Below are positions 31,874-40,589 of a DNA stretch of 64,000 bases, piece after piece. Each line of letters starts with the position of its first letter. The stretch's first letter is position 1. The notes under the pieces are model-generated. The model was not told where the DNA came from. It did no database searches and was given only the letters and a program-made list of their open reading frames with translations. Source of the DNA: Rhodothermales bacterium (GTDB lineage Bacteria; Bacteroidota; Rhodothermia; Rhodothermales; VXPQ01); NCBI GenBank assembly GCA_040904565.1, contig JBBDTI010000083.1:1-64000 (forward strand), given 5' to 3'. Both the position numbers and the translations under genes were made by a program.

Positions 31874-32434
31874 TTACCCTTCCGGCTCCGCGATGGAGAT
31901 CTGGGCCTTGATCTTCTCGCGGATGGCGTTCTCTTCGTCGTTCTCGTCGATGTAGTCCTTATAAGCGTCGTAACTCGGGAATCCCATCGAACGCGCTTCG
32001 GAATCCCACATCTCGAAATACGCCATCCAGATCTCGTCGAGCACGTTGATGTAGGTATCGTACGGCGTCTCGCGGTCCGTCTTTAAGGACACGATGGCCA
32101 TTTCCATCGACTCGGCGTAATTAGGATCTTCGCCTTCGTTGAGCGTGTGTTTCTTGACCTCATCCCGCACCATGGGTACGGACGCCGGACGCTCCTCGAT
32201 CAATACCTGACCTTGAGCATTGACGAGAATCTTGAGCATGTTCCGCTCCCGTACGGGCGGCGGCTCCTGATCCTCTTCGAGTTTCGGAGGCAGCGTCATG
32301 CCGATACCCGTATCGACATTAATCGTCGTCGTCACGAGAAAGAAAATGAGCAGTAGAAACGCGATGTCCGCCATGGACGCGGTCGGAATCTCTCCCCCCT
32401 CTCTCTTTTTCTTCTTCTTAAGCAGTCCAGCCAT
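31874..32434 (-). CDS. exbD: Biopolymer transporter ExbD/TolR
   Basis: SMADIAFLLLIFFLVTT motif. Confidence 0.92.
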   Translation of the reverse strand: MAGLLKKKKKREGGEIPTASMADIAFLLLIFFLVTTTINVDTGIGMTLPPKLEEDQEPPPVRERNMLKILVNAQGQVLIEERPASVPMVRDEVKKHTLNEGEDPNYAESMEMAIVSLKTDRETPYDTYINVLDEIWMAYFEMWDSEARSMGFPSYDAYKDYIDENDEENAIREKIKAQISIAEPEG

Positions 32435-32534
32435 GATGCTCTAAAATATCTAACGGAAAACGCTGTACGACGGAATGGGAATGTGGACAGCCGGGCGTCA
32501 TGCGCCCGATGCTCTCCGCGAGCCCGCCGTGATA

Positions 32535-32807
32535 TCAGGTAAACAGGCCTCTAATGCCGGACAGCAGCAAACCTACGGCAGCGAGTCCGAACATCGCAAC
32601 AACCGTCCAGATGCCGGCCACGGCCCAGTCGCCGAGCACGAAACCCAGCACGGCTAGCAGTACGATCGGTATGAGAATGATGCCCCCGGTTACCGGGTTG
32701 ATTTTGCCGTGGATGATACTCTTCACACCGAAGAGGGCCATCCCGAGGATGCCGAGCCCCATGATAATGAGGGCGGCCCAGATTGCGTATGGAACTATCG
32801 TGTTCAT
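32535..32807 (-). CDS. Small three-TM membrane protein between exbB and exbD
   Basis: 90 aa, three hydrophobic stretches, co-oriented in the operon. Confidence 0.8.
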   Translation of the reverse strand: MNTIVPYAIWAALIIMGLGILGMALFGVKSIIHGKINPVTGGIILIPIVLLAVLGFVLGDWAVAGIWTVVAMFGLAAVGLLLSGIRGLFT

Positions 32808-32826
32808 CGTATGCGGGGTTTACGGA

Positions 32827-33582
32827 TTAAGAGGTCGTCGTATCCGGGCCTGTCTGCTCGGTCTCGGACGTTCGCTTGCGAACGGTCTCCGACGTGATAG
32901 AGCGCCCTGACTCGAGCAACACAAGCGAATCGATCAATTCGATGGAGGCATCTTCCATCTCTACGACGATGCGATCAATTTTGGAGACGGCATAATTGTA
33001 GAAGAACTGGAGGATGATCGCCACGATGAGGCCGAACGCCGTCGTAAGAAGGGCGATCTTAATACCCCCGGCCACGAGACTCGGCGAAATATCACCGGCC
33101 GACTCAATGGCGTCGAACGCCGCGATCATACCGACGACCGTGCCGAGGAATCCGAGCATGGGAGCGAGGCTGATAAAGAGCGACAGCCAGACGAGGCCGC
33201 GTTCCAGAAAGCTCATTTCAATCGAACCATACGATACGACGGCCTTCTCGACGGCCTCGATCCCCTCATCCGCCCGAAGCAGACCGGCCTGAAACACGGA
33301 GGCAACGGGACCGCGGGTCGTAGCGCACGTCTCTTCTGCCGCCGTGATGCCGCCTTCATCGAGAGCACGCTTCACATCGACGATGAACTTACGCGTGTTG
33401 ATATCGGCACGATTGAGCGTGATGATGCGTTCGAAAGCGATTGCAAGCCCAATGATCAAACAGATGAGCACAGGCCACATCCACGGACCGCCCTCGTTGA
33501 ATCGCTCGACAAGGACATTGATAACACCGTCTGCACCTGCTGCCTCTTGCAGGAGCAGCATCATCAGGGTGAGAAGCTTCAT
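32827..33582 (-). CDS. exbB: MotA/TolQ/ExbB proton channel
   Basis: APMLGFLGTVVGMI, ALLTTAFGL; GGAGG upstream. Confidence 0.94.
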   Translation of the reverse strand: MKLLTLMMLLLQEAAGADGVINVLVERFNEGGPWMWPVLICLIIGLAIAFERIITLNRADINTRKFIVDVKRALDEGGITAAEETCATTRGPVASVFQAGLLRADEGIEAVEKAVVSYGSIEMSFLERGLVWLSLFISLAPMLGFLGTVVGMIAAFDAIESAGDISPSLVAGGIKIALLTTAFGLIVAIILQFFYNYAVSKIDRIVVEMEDASIELIDSLVLLESGRSITSETVRKRTSETEQTGPDTTTS

Positions 33583-33731
33583 GGACTAGTTCCTCCGAAA
33601 AAAAAGATGTTTGCTGTTACCTAGAAAGAATTTGGGTCGTGCGGCCGATCCATGATACGGACAAAATATAACGGATGTCCGCCTTGAATCGCCATGGTGA
33701 GACGCTCGTGCCGGTATCGCCGCACCGGCAA

Positions 33732-33760
33732 AGTATACCCATAATGGGCAGGATTGTCAA
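33732..33760 (-). promoter_or_regulatory. Near-consensus sigma70 promoter of exbB operon
   Basis: Minus strand TTGACA-17 nt-TATACT. Confidence 0.8.
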
Positions 33761-33840
33761 CGAGCGCCGGATCCGCGAACGCGCGAAACCGGCAAGCTAG
33801 CGCCGCTGCGGCATCGGACTCATCCCGGCTCTGGATCCCA

Positions 33841-35535
33841 TTAGCGTCGCAGCGCCAGGTGTTCGGCGCTATCCCATAAAGTCATCGCTTCAAGAAGAAC
33901 GGTGTCGACATCATTCATGACGGCCCACCATACGCTTCGATCGAATATCCGCTGGCCGATCCGGGCCTTGATGCGCGTCTTAAAGAGATCCACGTCCGCC
34001 TCGGCTTCCGATTGTGCCACATAGACGACTTCGTCGCTGCGCTCGTCGTTTGCGTCGGAGAGCAGTGGACTCTCGTCCGGCACGACATGGATGTCGCGCT
34101 CTTCGAGAAAAGCGAGGAACCCATCATAGTCCGCCTCGCTCAGTTCGAATTCACGAATGAACTCGTCACGCCGATCGCTCCATTCCTCCTGAAACGAATC
34201 GCCATGCCGGTCGAGCCAGAGACGGGCGTACTCGTTGTCGAACTGCCGTCCCAGAACCGCCCTGGCGACCGCCGAAGCAGAATCCGGATTGACGATGATG
34301 TCCGGCAGGATCCCCCCGCCTCCGAACACGGTCCGACCCGTTGCCGTCGTATACCGCAGCGAATCCGGCATCGCCTCCTTGATCTGCTCCGTCGTCAGCG
34401 TCCGCTCCCTCCTGAACTGGTCGGCCTTCGTCTCATAGTAATCCATTCGTTCTCCATCGTCGTACGGAGTCTGTATCAACCGGCCTGAGGGCGTATAGAA
34501 GCGGGAGATCGTCATCCGCAGTACGCTGCCGTCTCGCAGCGGAAACTGCTTCTGAACCAATCCCTTTCCGAACGTCCGTCGTCCGACGATCAGCGCACGA
34601 TCGTGATCCTGGAGCGCACCGGCCACGATCTCACTCGCCGACGCCGAAATCTGGTTGACCAGCACCATGACCGAGCCGGTCTCGAACTCGTCACCGTCGT
34701 CGGCGACATTCTGCTGATTGTATTCATCCAGTCGGCTGCGGGCCTCCACGATGACCTCACCCTCCGAGAGGAACTCGTCAGCGATCCGAACGGCCATATC
34801 CATAAAGCCACCCGGATTGTCCCGAAGATCGAGGACGAGGCGTTCCATGCCTTCGTCCTGGAGATCGCGAAGACCGGACATGAACTCGGAGTACGTCGTC
34901 CGCGCGAAACGATCGATCCGGATGTATCCCGTCCGTTCGTCGATCATGTGAGCGGCATCCACCGTAAAGAGGGGGATCTTATCCCGCGTGATCGTGAAAT
35001 CAAGCGTTCGATCGTAGCCCGGCCGGCGGACGGTCACGTCGACCTCCGTACCGCCTGGCCCCTTGAGCGTCCGCTGCACGTCCGCCGACGAGAAACCGAT
35101 GGCCGATGAGTCATCGACGGCGATGATGCGATCGCCGGAAAGAATCCCCGCTTCTTCACTCGGCCCCCCCGGAAGCGGATTCAAAACGGTCACGGTATCC
35201 TTCCCGTCGACGCCGTCGATGATCTCGAACGAGATACCGATGCCCTCGAATGACGCATTGAAGTCCTCTCGGACCTGATTCATTTGCTCGGCATCGATGT
35301 AGACGGAATGCGGATCGAGCTCTTCCAACATACCCTCGATGGCCCGCTCGGAGAGAACGGACGAATCGACGTCTTCCACGTACCGCTCGTTGATGATCAG
35401 GAAGGCGTTTTCGAGCTTCTTGAGCGACTCGACCGTATTATCACTCGAAAAAACGGCTCCGAGCTCGAATCCCAGTAATACGCCGACGGCCAGAACGAGA
35501 AGACCCAAGGTCGCAGGCTTGCGATACCGCTTCAT
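33841..35535 (-). CDS. S41 family C-terminal processing peptidase
   Basis: LDPHS, PDZ (GIGI), DLRDNPGG, SASASE, TFGKGLVQ, YTPSGR. Confidence 0.95.
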   Translation of the reverse strand: MKRYRKPATLGLLVLAVGVLLGFELGAVFSSDNTVESLKKLENAFLIINERYVEDVDSSVLSERAIEGMLEELDPHSVYIDAEQMNQVREDFNASFEGIGISFEIIDGVDGKDTVTVLNPLPGGPSEEAGILSGDRIIAVDDSSAIGFSSADVQRTLKGPGGTEVDVTVRRPGYDRTLDFTITRDKIPLFTVDAAHMIDERTGYIRIDRFARTTYSEFMSGLRDLQDEGMERLVLDLRDNPGGFMDMAVRIADEFLSEGEVIVEARSRLDEYNQQNVADDGDEFETGSVMVLVNQISASASEIVAGALQDHDRALIVGRRTFGKGLVQKQFPLRDGSVLRMTISRFYTPSGRLIQTPYDDGERMDYYETKADQFRRERTLTTEQIKEAMPDSLRYTTATGRTVFGGGGILPDIIVNPDSASAVARAVLGRQFDNEYARLWLDRHGDSFQEEWSDRRDEFIREFELSEADYDGFLAFLEERDIHVVPDESPLLSDANDERSDEVVYVAQSEAEADVDLFKTRIKARIGQRIFDRSVWWAVMNDVDTVLLEAMTLWDSAEHLALRR

Positions 35536-35779
35536 ACTGATTCGGTTTTAATCTCTGACTGCTGATACCCTGCCCGATGGGTCGTCCGAAACCGGTACGC
35601 AGGAAGTAGACGGCGGATCACGGGCGCGAGCCAACGTAAATCGCTGATTCTCACGCGTCGGGAAGTTACCATCGACCGGAACTGACAGGCCAATCGGGCG
35701 GATTCCAAGAATTCTTCTTACAGATAATACAGGGGGATCCTTCATAGGATCCCATACGGTGTTCACCCGTGATAACCTT

Positions 35780-37480
35780 ATGCTGACCAACAAAGACGTA
35801 GCACGGAAGCTTAAAACGACGGCGGCACTGATCGAGCTGACCGGCGGAAATGAATATCGGGCGCGTGCGCTGTCCAACGCGGCGCGTACGGTCGAGCGAC
35901 TCGACGAGGCTGTAGCCGATCTAGCCGCGGAGGGACGACTGGAAGAACTTCGAGGGATCGGATCCGGCCTGTCCGTGCAAATTCAGGACCTGCTCGATAA
36001 GGGTACATTCGATCTATACGATGACCTGGTCAGCGCCCTCCCCCCCGGGCTTACCGAAATGCTGCGCGTCAAGGGGCTTGGGGCGAAGAAAGTCCGAACG
36101 ATCTGGCGCACGCTCGGCATTACGACGATCGAGGAGCTGGAAGAGGTGGCGACGATCGGACGCCTGGCAGATCTCGACGGCTTCGGTGAAAAAACGCAGG
36201 AGAACGTTCTCGCCAACATCCAATTGCTGAAGAAATATTCGTCACGAAGGCGGTTCGATCAGGCGCTGGCGGAAGCGACGCGGGCTCTAGAATGGATCCG
36301 CAACCTGGACGAAGTGGTCCGCGCGGACGTGTCCGGCCCGCTCCGCAGGCAGTTCGAGACGGTCGACCGGGCCGATTTCGTCGTCGGGACCGAGTCCGTC
36401 GAGGCTGTCTGCGAGCGGCTGCACGAACGCTGGAATACGGCCAGAACGGAAGCGGGTGATGCAGCGCGTCTCGATGGGCAGATAGCGAATGGAATGCCGG
36501 CGCGAATCGACATCGTTCGACCTGACCGCTTCACACTGCACTGGTGGCGGGAGACGGGTTCGACGGATCACGTCGCATACGTCGAAAAAACGTTCGACCT
36601 TCCATCCCTCCCGTCGGAAGAAGCGGCGATATATAAGGCGGCCGGTATGCCGTTTATCGCAGCGGCGTTGCGGGAGGACGTGGGTGAATTCGAGGCGGCA
36701 GCCGCCGACGAGCTGCCCAATCTACTGACGGTGGAGGACCTCCGCGGGACCATCCACAATCACTCTCGATACAGTGACGGCGCGCATTCGCTTCGGGAGA
36801 TGTCCGATGCTGCCCGCTCGATGGGCTTCTCGTACTACGGTGCGTGCGACCACAGCCGATCCCTCGCGATAGCCGGCGGTCTCAGCATCGAACGCGTGCG
36901 TGAGCAGCAGGAAGAAATTCGTCTGCTCAACGAGGCCTACGGCGACGACTTTCGTGTCTTCAGCGGAACGGAGAGCGACATACTGGCTGACGGTTCGCTG
37001 GATTATCCGGATGACGTTCTCGCCTCGTTCGATCTGGTCGTGGCCAGCATCCATACCCGTTTCAATATGTCGGCCGACGAAGCGACGGTCCGAATCATAC
37101 GGGCCGTCGAAAATCCATATACCACGATTTTGGGGCATCCCACCGGACGTTTACTTCTCCAGCGCGAAGGATATCCGGTCCATCACGAGCGCGTCATTGA
37201 TGCCTGTGCGGCGCATCGCGTCGCCATCGAGTTGAATGCGAATCCGCGTCGACTGGACCTGGACTGGCGCTGGATCCGCCGTGCGACCGACCGAGGCGTC
37301 CTCATCTCGATCAACCCGGACGCACATTCGATCGACGAGCTCCATTACATGAAATGGGGCGTTTCCGTCGCACAGAAAGGATGGCTCACGCCCGAACAAT
37401 GTCTGAACGCCAAAAGCCTGTCGGATTTTACGGCATGGCTCGAATCCAGGCGATCCCAGCAGGGCGTCGGCCAGGTGTAA
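35780..37480 (+). CDS. polX: DNA polymerase X / PHP-domain protein (non-canonical polymerase site)
   Basis: HhH motifs (GIGSG, GLGAKK, GFGEK); intact PHP motifs HNHS..SDG, DHS, GHPTGR, DAH; start MLTNKD. Confidence 0.92.
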   Translation: MLTNKDVARKLKTTAALIELTGGNEYRARALSNAARTVERLDEAVADLAAEGRLEELRGIGSGLSVQIQDLLDKGTFDLYDDLVSALPPGLTEMLRVKGLGAKKVRTIWRTLGITTIEELEEVATIGRLADLDGFGEKTQENVLANIQLLKKYSSRRRFDQALAEATRALEWIRNLDEVVRADVSGPLRRQFETVDRADFVVGTESVEAVCERLHERWNTARTEAGDAARLDGQIANGMPARIDIVRPDRFTLHWWRETGSTDHVAYVEKTFDLPSLPSEEAAIYKAAGMPFIAAALREDVGEFEAAAADELPNLLTVEDLRGTIHNHSRYSDGAHSLREMSDAARSMGFSYYGACDHSRSLAIAGGLSIERVREQQEEIRLLNEAYGDDFRVFSGTESDILADGSLDYPDDVLASFDLVVASIHTRFNMSADEATVRIIRAVENPYTTILGHPTGRLLLQREGYPVHHERVIDACAAHRVAIELNANPRRLDLDWRWIRRATDRGVLISINPDAHSIDELHYMKWGVSVAQKGWLTPEQCLNAKSLSDFTAWLESRRSQQGVGQV

Positions 37481-37481
37481 G

Positions 37482-39650
37482 ATGGCTAGAATGCTTGCGA
37501 TCGCCGCGATCGTCGTGCTGTGCGTTGTCGGCGCAGCCGGTACCCTGCTCTTCCTTGCCTACGGACTATCCAACACGCCCCCTCGGAGCGTCGCCGTATC
37601 CCGGTTGAACGATTCGACGGTTGTAACAATGTACGAGAGCGGGTCGGCTTCGATACGAGCTCGTTCTCGCGAGGATGCCTATGCAGCGCTCGGCTTCCTG
37701 CACGCTGCCGAACATGGGTGGACCATGACGCTCTGGCAGCGAACCGCTCGAGGCCGGCTCTCGGAGTGGCTCGGCGAGGCGCTGCTCCCGATAGACCGAC
37801 TCACCCGTCGACTCGGCCTCGCGGCGTTTGCGGAGGCTGCCTATCTCGATCTACCGTCCGAGGAGAGAAGGCTGCTGGATGCCTACGCCCGTGGCGCGAA
37901 TGCCGCCCTGCTGCGCACGCGTGCAGGGCGAGCCAGGGAGTTTTCAGCGCTCGCCGTCACGCCCGATTCGTGGCAGCCGTGGTTCAGCCTGTCGATCGAT
38001 CGACTCTTCGCGTGGCTGTCGGCAACGGTCCCTCCTGAGGACAGGCTGAAAGAAGCTCCGCGCGAGCTCCGAGACTTCCTGGATACAGGCGATCGTCTCA
38101 AACGTTTGCTTCACGTTCACGGCTTCGATGCCGGATTGGCGTGGACGTTTCGGGACACGGCCGAAACCGTGCTGGCGCAGCGGCACGTGACGGGGGCCTC
38201 GGCGCCGGCGGTGTACCAACCGGTGGAGCTCGCCTTCCCCACGGCAGGATCCCTTGCCGGGGCGACACTTATCGGCACGCCGTTCATGCCCGCCGGACGA
38301 AACGCCCGCCATGCGTGGGCCGTATTGTTTTCCGGCTCGGCGGAGGTGGTAGCGACCACGAGAGACTCGTCCACCTTCCCGCTCCAATTCGAAAGGCTGA
38401 ACACCATCGACGGTGACGAACATGTCCTTCGCTTCCGTCGCGAGGCGGGCGCGCTCTACTTTCAGCCGGATCCGCCCTCAACGCCCTGGATCGATGTCGA
38501 TTCGCCTCTCGCGGCTGCGCAACCGGAAGACGGACGTCAGGCTCCACCAGGATGGCTCGTCCGGTGGCGCGGTCTGGATTCTATCGAGGATGCGACCGCC
38601 TGGATGCACCTTCAGGCTGACGGACCCGCTGCATTTCGGATTTATGAGGGTGACGGATTGATCATGTACAGAGACGGGTCCTCGGACGTCCTCGGAACGC
38701 CGCGCTTTGTCTACGAGCACGACCGTGGCGTGGCCGTAGGCAATAACGCCTGGACCCATTATGCCGTAGAGCGTCTCGACTCCATTTCTACCGTGGATAC
38801 GGCACCTCAGGGTACGCCGGCTTACTTCGATGATGTCCGCAGCACGTGGGCCTCCGTGCGCGCCGCGGGTCTGATCGCGGAAGCAAGCGCAGCAACAGAC
38901 CCTATCCCACTCGTACGCGAGGCACTCACCTATCTTCGCAACTGGGACTATAGCTACGATCGGGCAAGTATTGCGGCATCCATTTTCGATGCGTGGACGA
39001 TCGCCTTGCGCTCGGCAGCGCCGGACTCGTCGCGACCAGACTCGTCACCGCCAGACTCGTCACCGCCAGACTCATCATCGCCGGACTCGTCCTCGCCAGA
39101 TCCATCGGCGGCAGAGGGTACCGGCGCGGCGCCGGACGCTCGGGTGGCTGGGGATGGCGGTGGCTCGTCGGACTCCCTGGCGGCAGGGGTTGCCGGGTCG
39201 CCGTCTCCGGTGCGGCCGGCTGCCTACGTTGCGCTCGAAGACGCCGTTCGGACGCTGGCGTCGGAATACGGTGAGGATCCGAGCCAGTGGCGGTGGGAAC
39301 AGACGCAACCGCACCGTTATCACTTTCCCCTCTGGTCCTCCGACGCCTCGCTCGCCGTCGACCTCGAGCCTCTGGCACGTACGCGGTATGCGCCCATCAC
39401 CCTGCAGGGATCGGGACACGAGACCACCCTGTATCATGGCCCTTCGAGGATCTCCGGAGGGGCGGCTGCACCATCTCGCTTTGAGGCGTGGACGTCCACA
39501 GCTCGATGGGAGGCCTTCAACTACCGCAGCCGGCGCTTTCCCGTACACCGGTTCCTCGGAAGGTATCTTGTCTCGGACCGTATCCCCGACCCCGCCGCCG
39601 TTCCGGCGCGGGGTCGGGTCGCGTATACAACCACACTGCTTCCCGACTGA
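37482..39650 (+). CDS. Penicillin acylase family-like protein (divergent)
   Basis: N-terminal TM anchor; DAYAALGFLHA, ARGRLSEWLG, LDAYARGANA, LRNWD, WRW motifs. Confidence 0.78.
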   Translation: MARMLAIAAIVVLCVVGAAGTLLFLAYGLSNTPPRSVAVSRLNDSTVVTMYESGSASIRARSREDAYAALGFLHAAEHGWTMTLWQRTARGRLSEWLGEALLPIDRLTRRLGLAAFAEAAYLDLPSEERRLLDAYARGANAALLRTRAGRAREFSALAVTPDSWQPWFSLSIDRLFAWLSATVPPEDRLKEAPRELRDFLDTGDRLKRLLHVHGFDAGLAWTFRDTAETVLAQRHVTGASAPAVYQPVELAFPTAGSLAGATLIGTPFMPAGRNARHAWAVLFSGSAEVVATTRDSSTFPLQFERLNTIDGDEHVLRFRREAGALYFQPDPPSTPWIDVDSPLAAAQPEDGRQAPPGWLVRWRGLDSIEDATAWMHLQADGPAAFRIYEGDGLIMYRDGSSDVLGTPRFVYEHDRGVAVGNNAWTHYAVERLDSISTVDTAPQGTPAYFDDVRSTWASVRAAGLIAEASAATDPIPLVREALTYLRNWDYSYDRASIAASIFDAWTIALRSAAPDSSRPDSSPPDSSPPDSSSPDSSSPDPSAAEGTGAAPDARVAGDGGGSSDSLAAGVAGSPSPVRPAAYVALEDAVRTLASEYGEDPSQWRWEQTQPHRYHFPLWSSDASLAVDLEPLARTRYAPITLQGSGHETTLYHGPSRISGGAAAPSRFEAWTSTARWEAFNYRSRRFPVHRFLGRYLVSDRIPDPAAVPARGRVAYTTTLLPD
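39021..39110 (+). repeat. In-frame 15-bp tandem repeat x6 (PDSSx)
   Basis: CCRGACTCRTCnnnn-like units at 39021, 39036, 39051, 39066, 39081 and a degenerate sixth at 39096. Confidence 0.9.
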
Positions 39651-40567
39651 TGGTGGACAAAACGCCGATATATATTGGTATCGATGCGGGCGGATCCAAG
39701 ACCGAGTTGCTCGCCGCGCATGAACAATCCGACGAGCTCCTGAATCTGTTCGGCGCATCCGGCAATCCGGCCCGCGTAGGGTTCGACGGTTCCATCGACG
39801 TCCTTTCGGAACTCATCTTTCAAGCCACGGAACGCCTTCCCCATGGGGCGGTCACATCGGTCTGTGCAGGTGTCGCCGGCGCGGGCCGGGAGCGGGACCA
39901 GCATCGCATTCGAGAAGGCATCATGAACGAGTTGGGAGATCGCGCTCCTCATCGCCTCCGCATCACGCACGACGGGGACATCGCCCTGGAGGCCGCTTTC
40001 GAAGGCCGTAGCGGGATCATGGTTATCGCCGGTACCGGCTCCGTCACGCTCGCGAGAACGCGTGATGGGGCGTTTTTGAGAGCGGGTGGATGGGGATACC
40101 TGATCGGAGACGAGGGAAGCGGTTACGCGCTGGGAGCCGGCGGATTGCGAGCACTGGCGCACGCGTTCGACGGCGGGCCCGATACGGCCATTTCGGAGCT
40201 CCTCGCCGCCTCACGCGACGTCGCGACGCCGGATGACCTCAACGAGCTCGTCTATCAGAAGAAGGTCCCACTCCAGAAATTTGCCCCTCTCGTCATACAG
40301 GCCGCACGCGACGGTGATGCGATCGCCCGAGAGATCCTTTCGAGGGAGACTCGCGGTCTGGCACAACAGGTTCGCTGGCTTGCGGATCGATGCCCGAGCG
40401 TTCGTCCGCGTGTGGCGCTGCTCGGGGGCGTAACAAATGAACCCACGTATCGCGAGGCGCTCCGTGACGCCCTGCTGGAAGTGCTGCCGGACTGGAAGAT
40501 GACCGAGCCGCTCAATCGCCCCGTCGTCGGCGCGTGGAGAATGGCCCGCACGCTGTCCGGCGCATAA
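39650..40567 (+). CDS. BadF/BadG/BcrA/BcrD ATPase family, N-acetylglucosamine/N-acetylmuramic acid kinase-like
   Basis: GIDAGGSKT, IAGTGS, GGWGYLIGDEGSG; TGATG overlap with upstream gene. Confidence 0.9.
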   Translation: MVDKTPIYIGIDAGGSKTELLAAHEQSDELLNLFGASGNPARVGFDGSIDVLSELIFQATERLPHGAVTSVCAGVAGAGRERDQHRIREGIMNELGDRAPHRLRITHDGDIALEAAFEGRSGIMVIAGTGSVTLARTRDGAFLRAGGWGYLIGDEGSGYALGAGGLRALAHAFDGGPDTAISELLAASRDVATPDDLNELVYQKKVPLQKFAPLVIQAARDGDAIAREILSRETRGLAQQVRWLADRCPSVRPRVALLGGVTNEPTYREALRDALLEVLPDWKMTEPLNRPVVGAWRMARTLSGA

Positions 40568-40589
40568 CGACTTCCCGGATGCCGACGCC

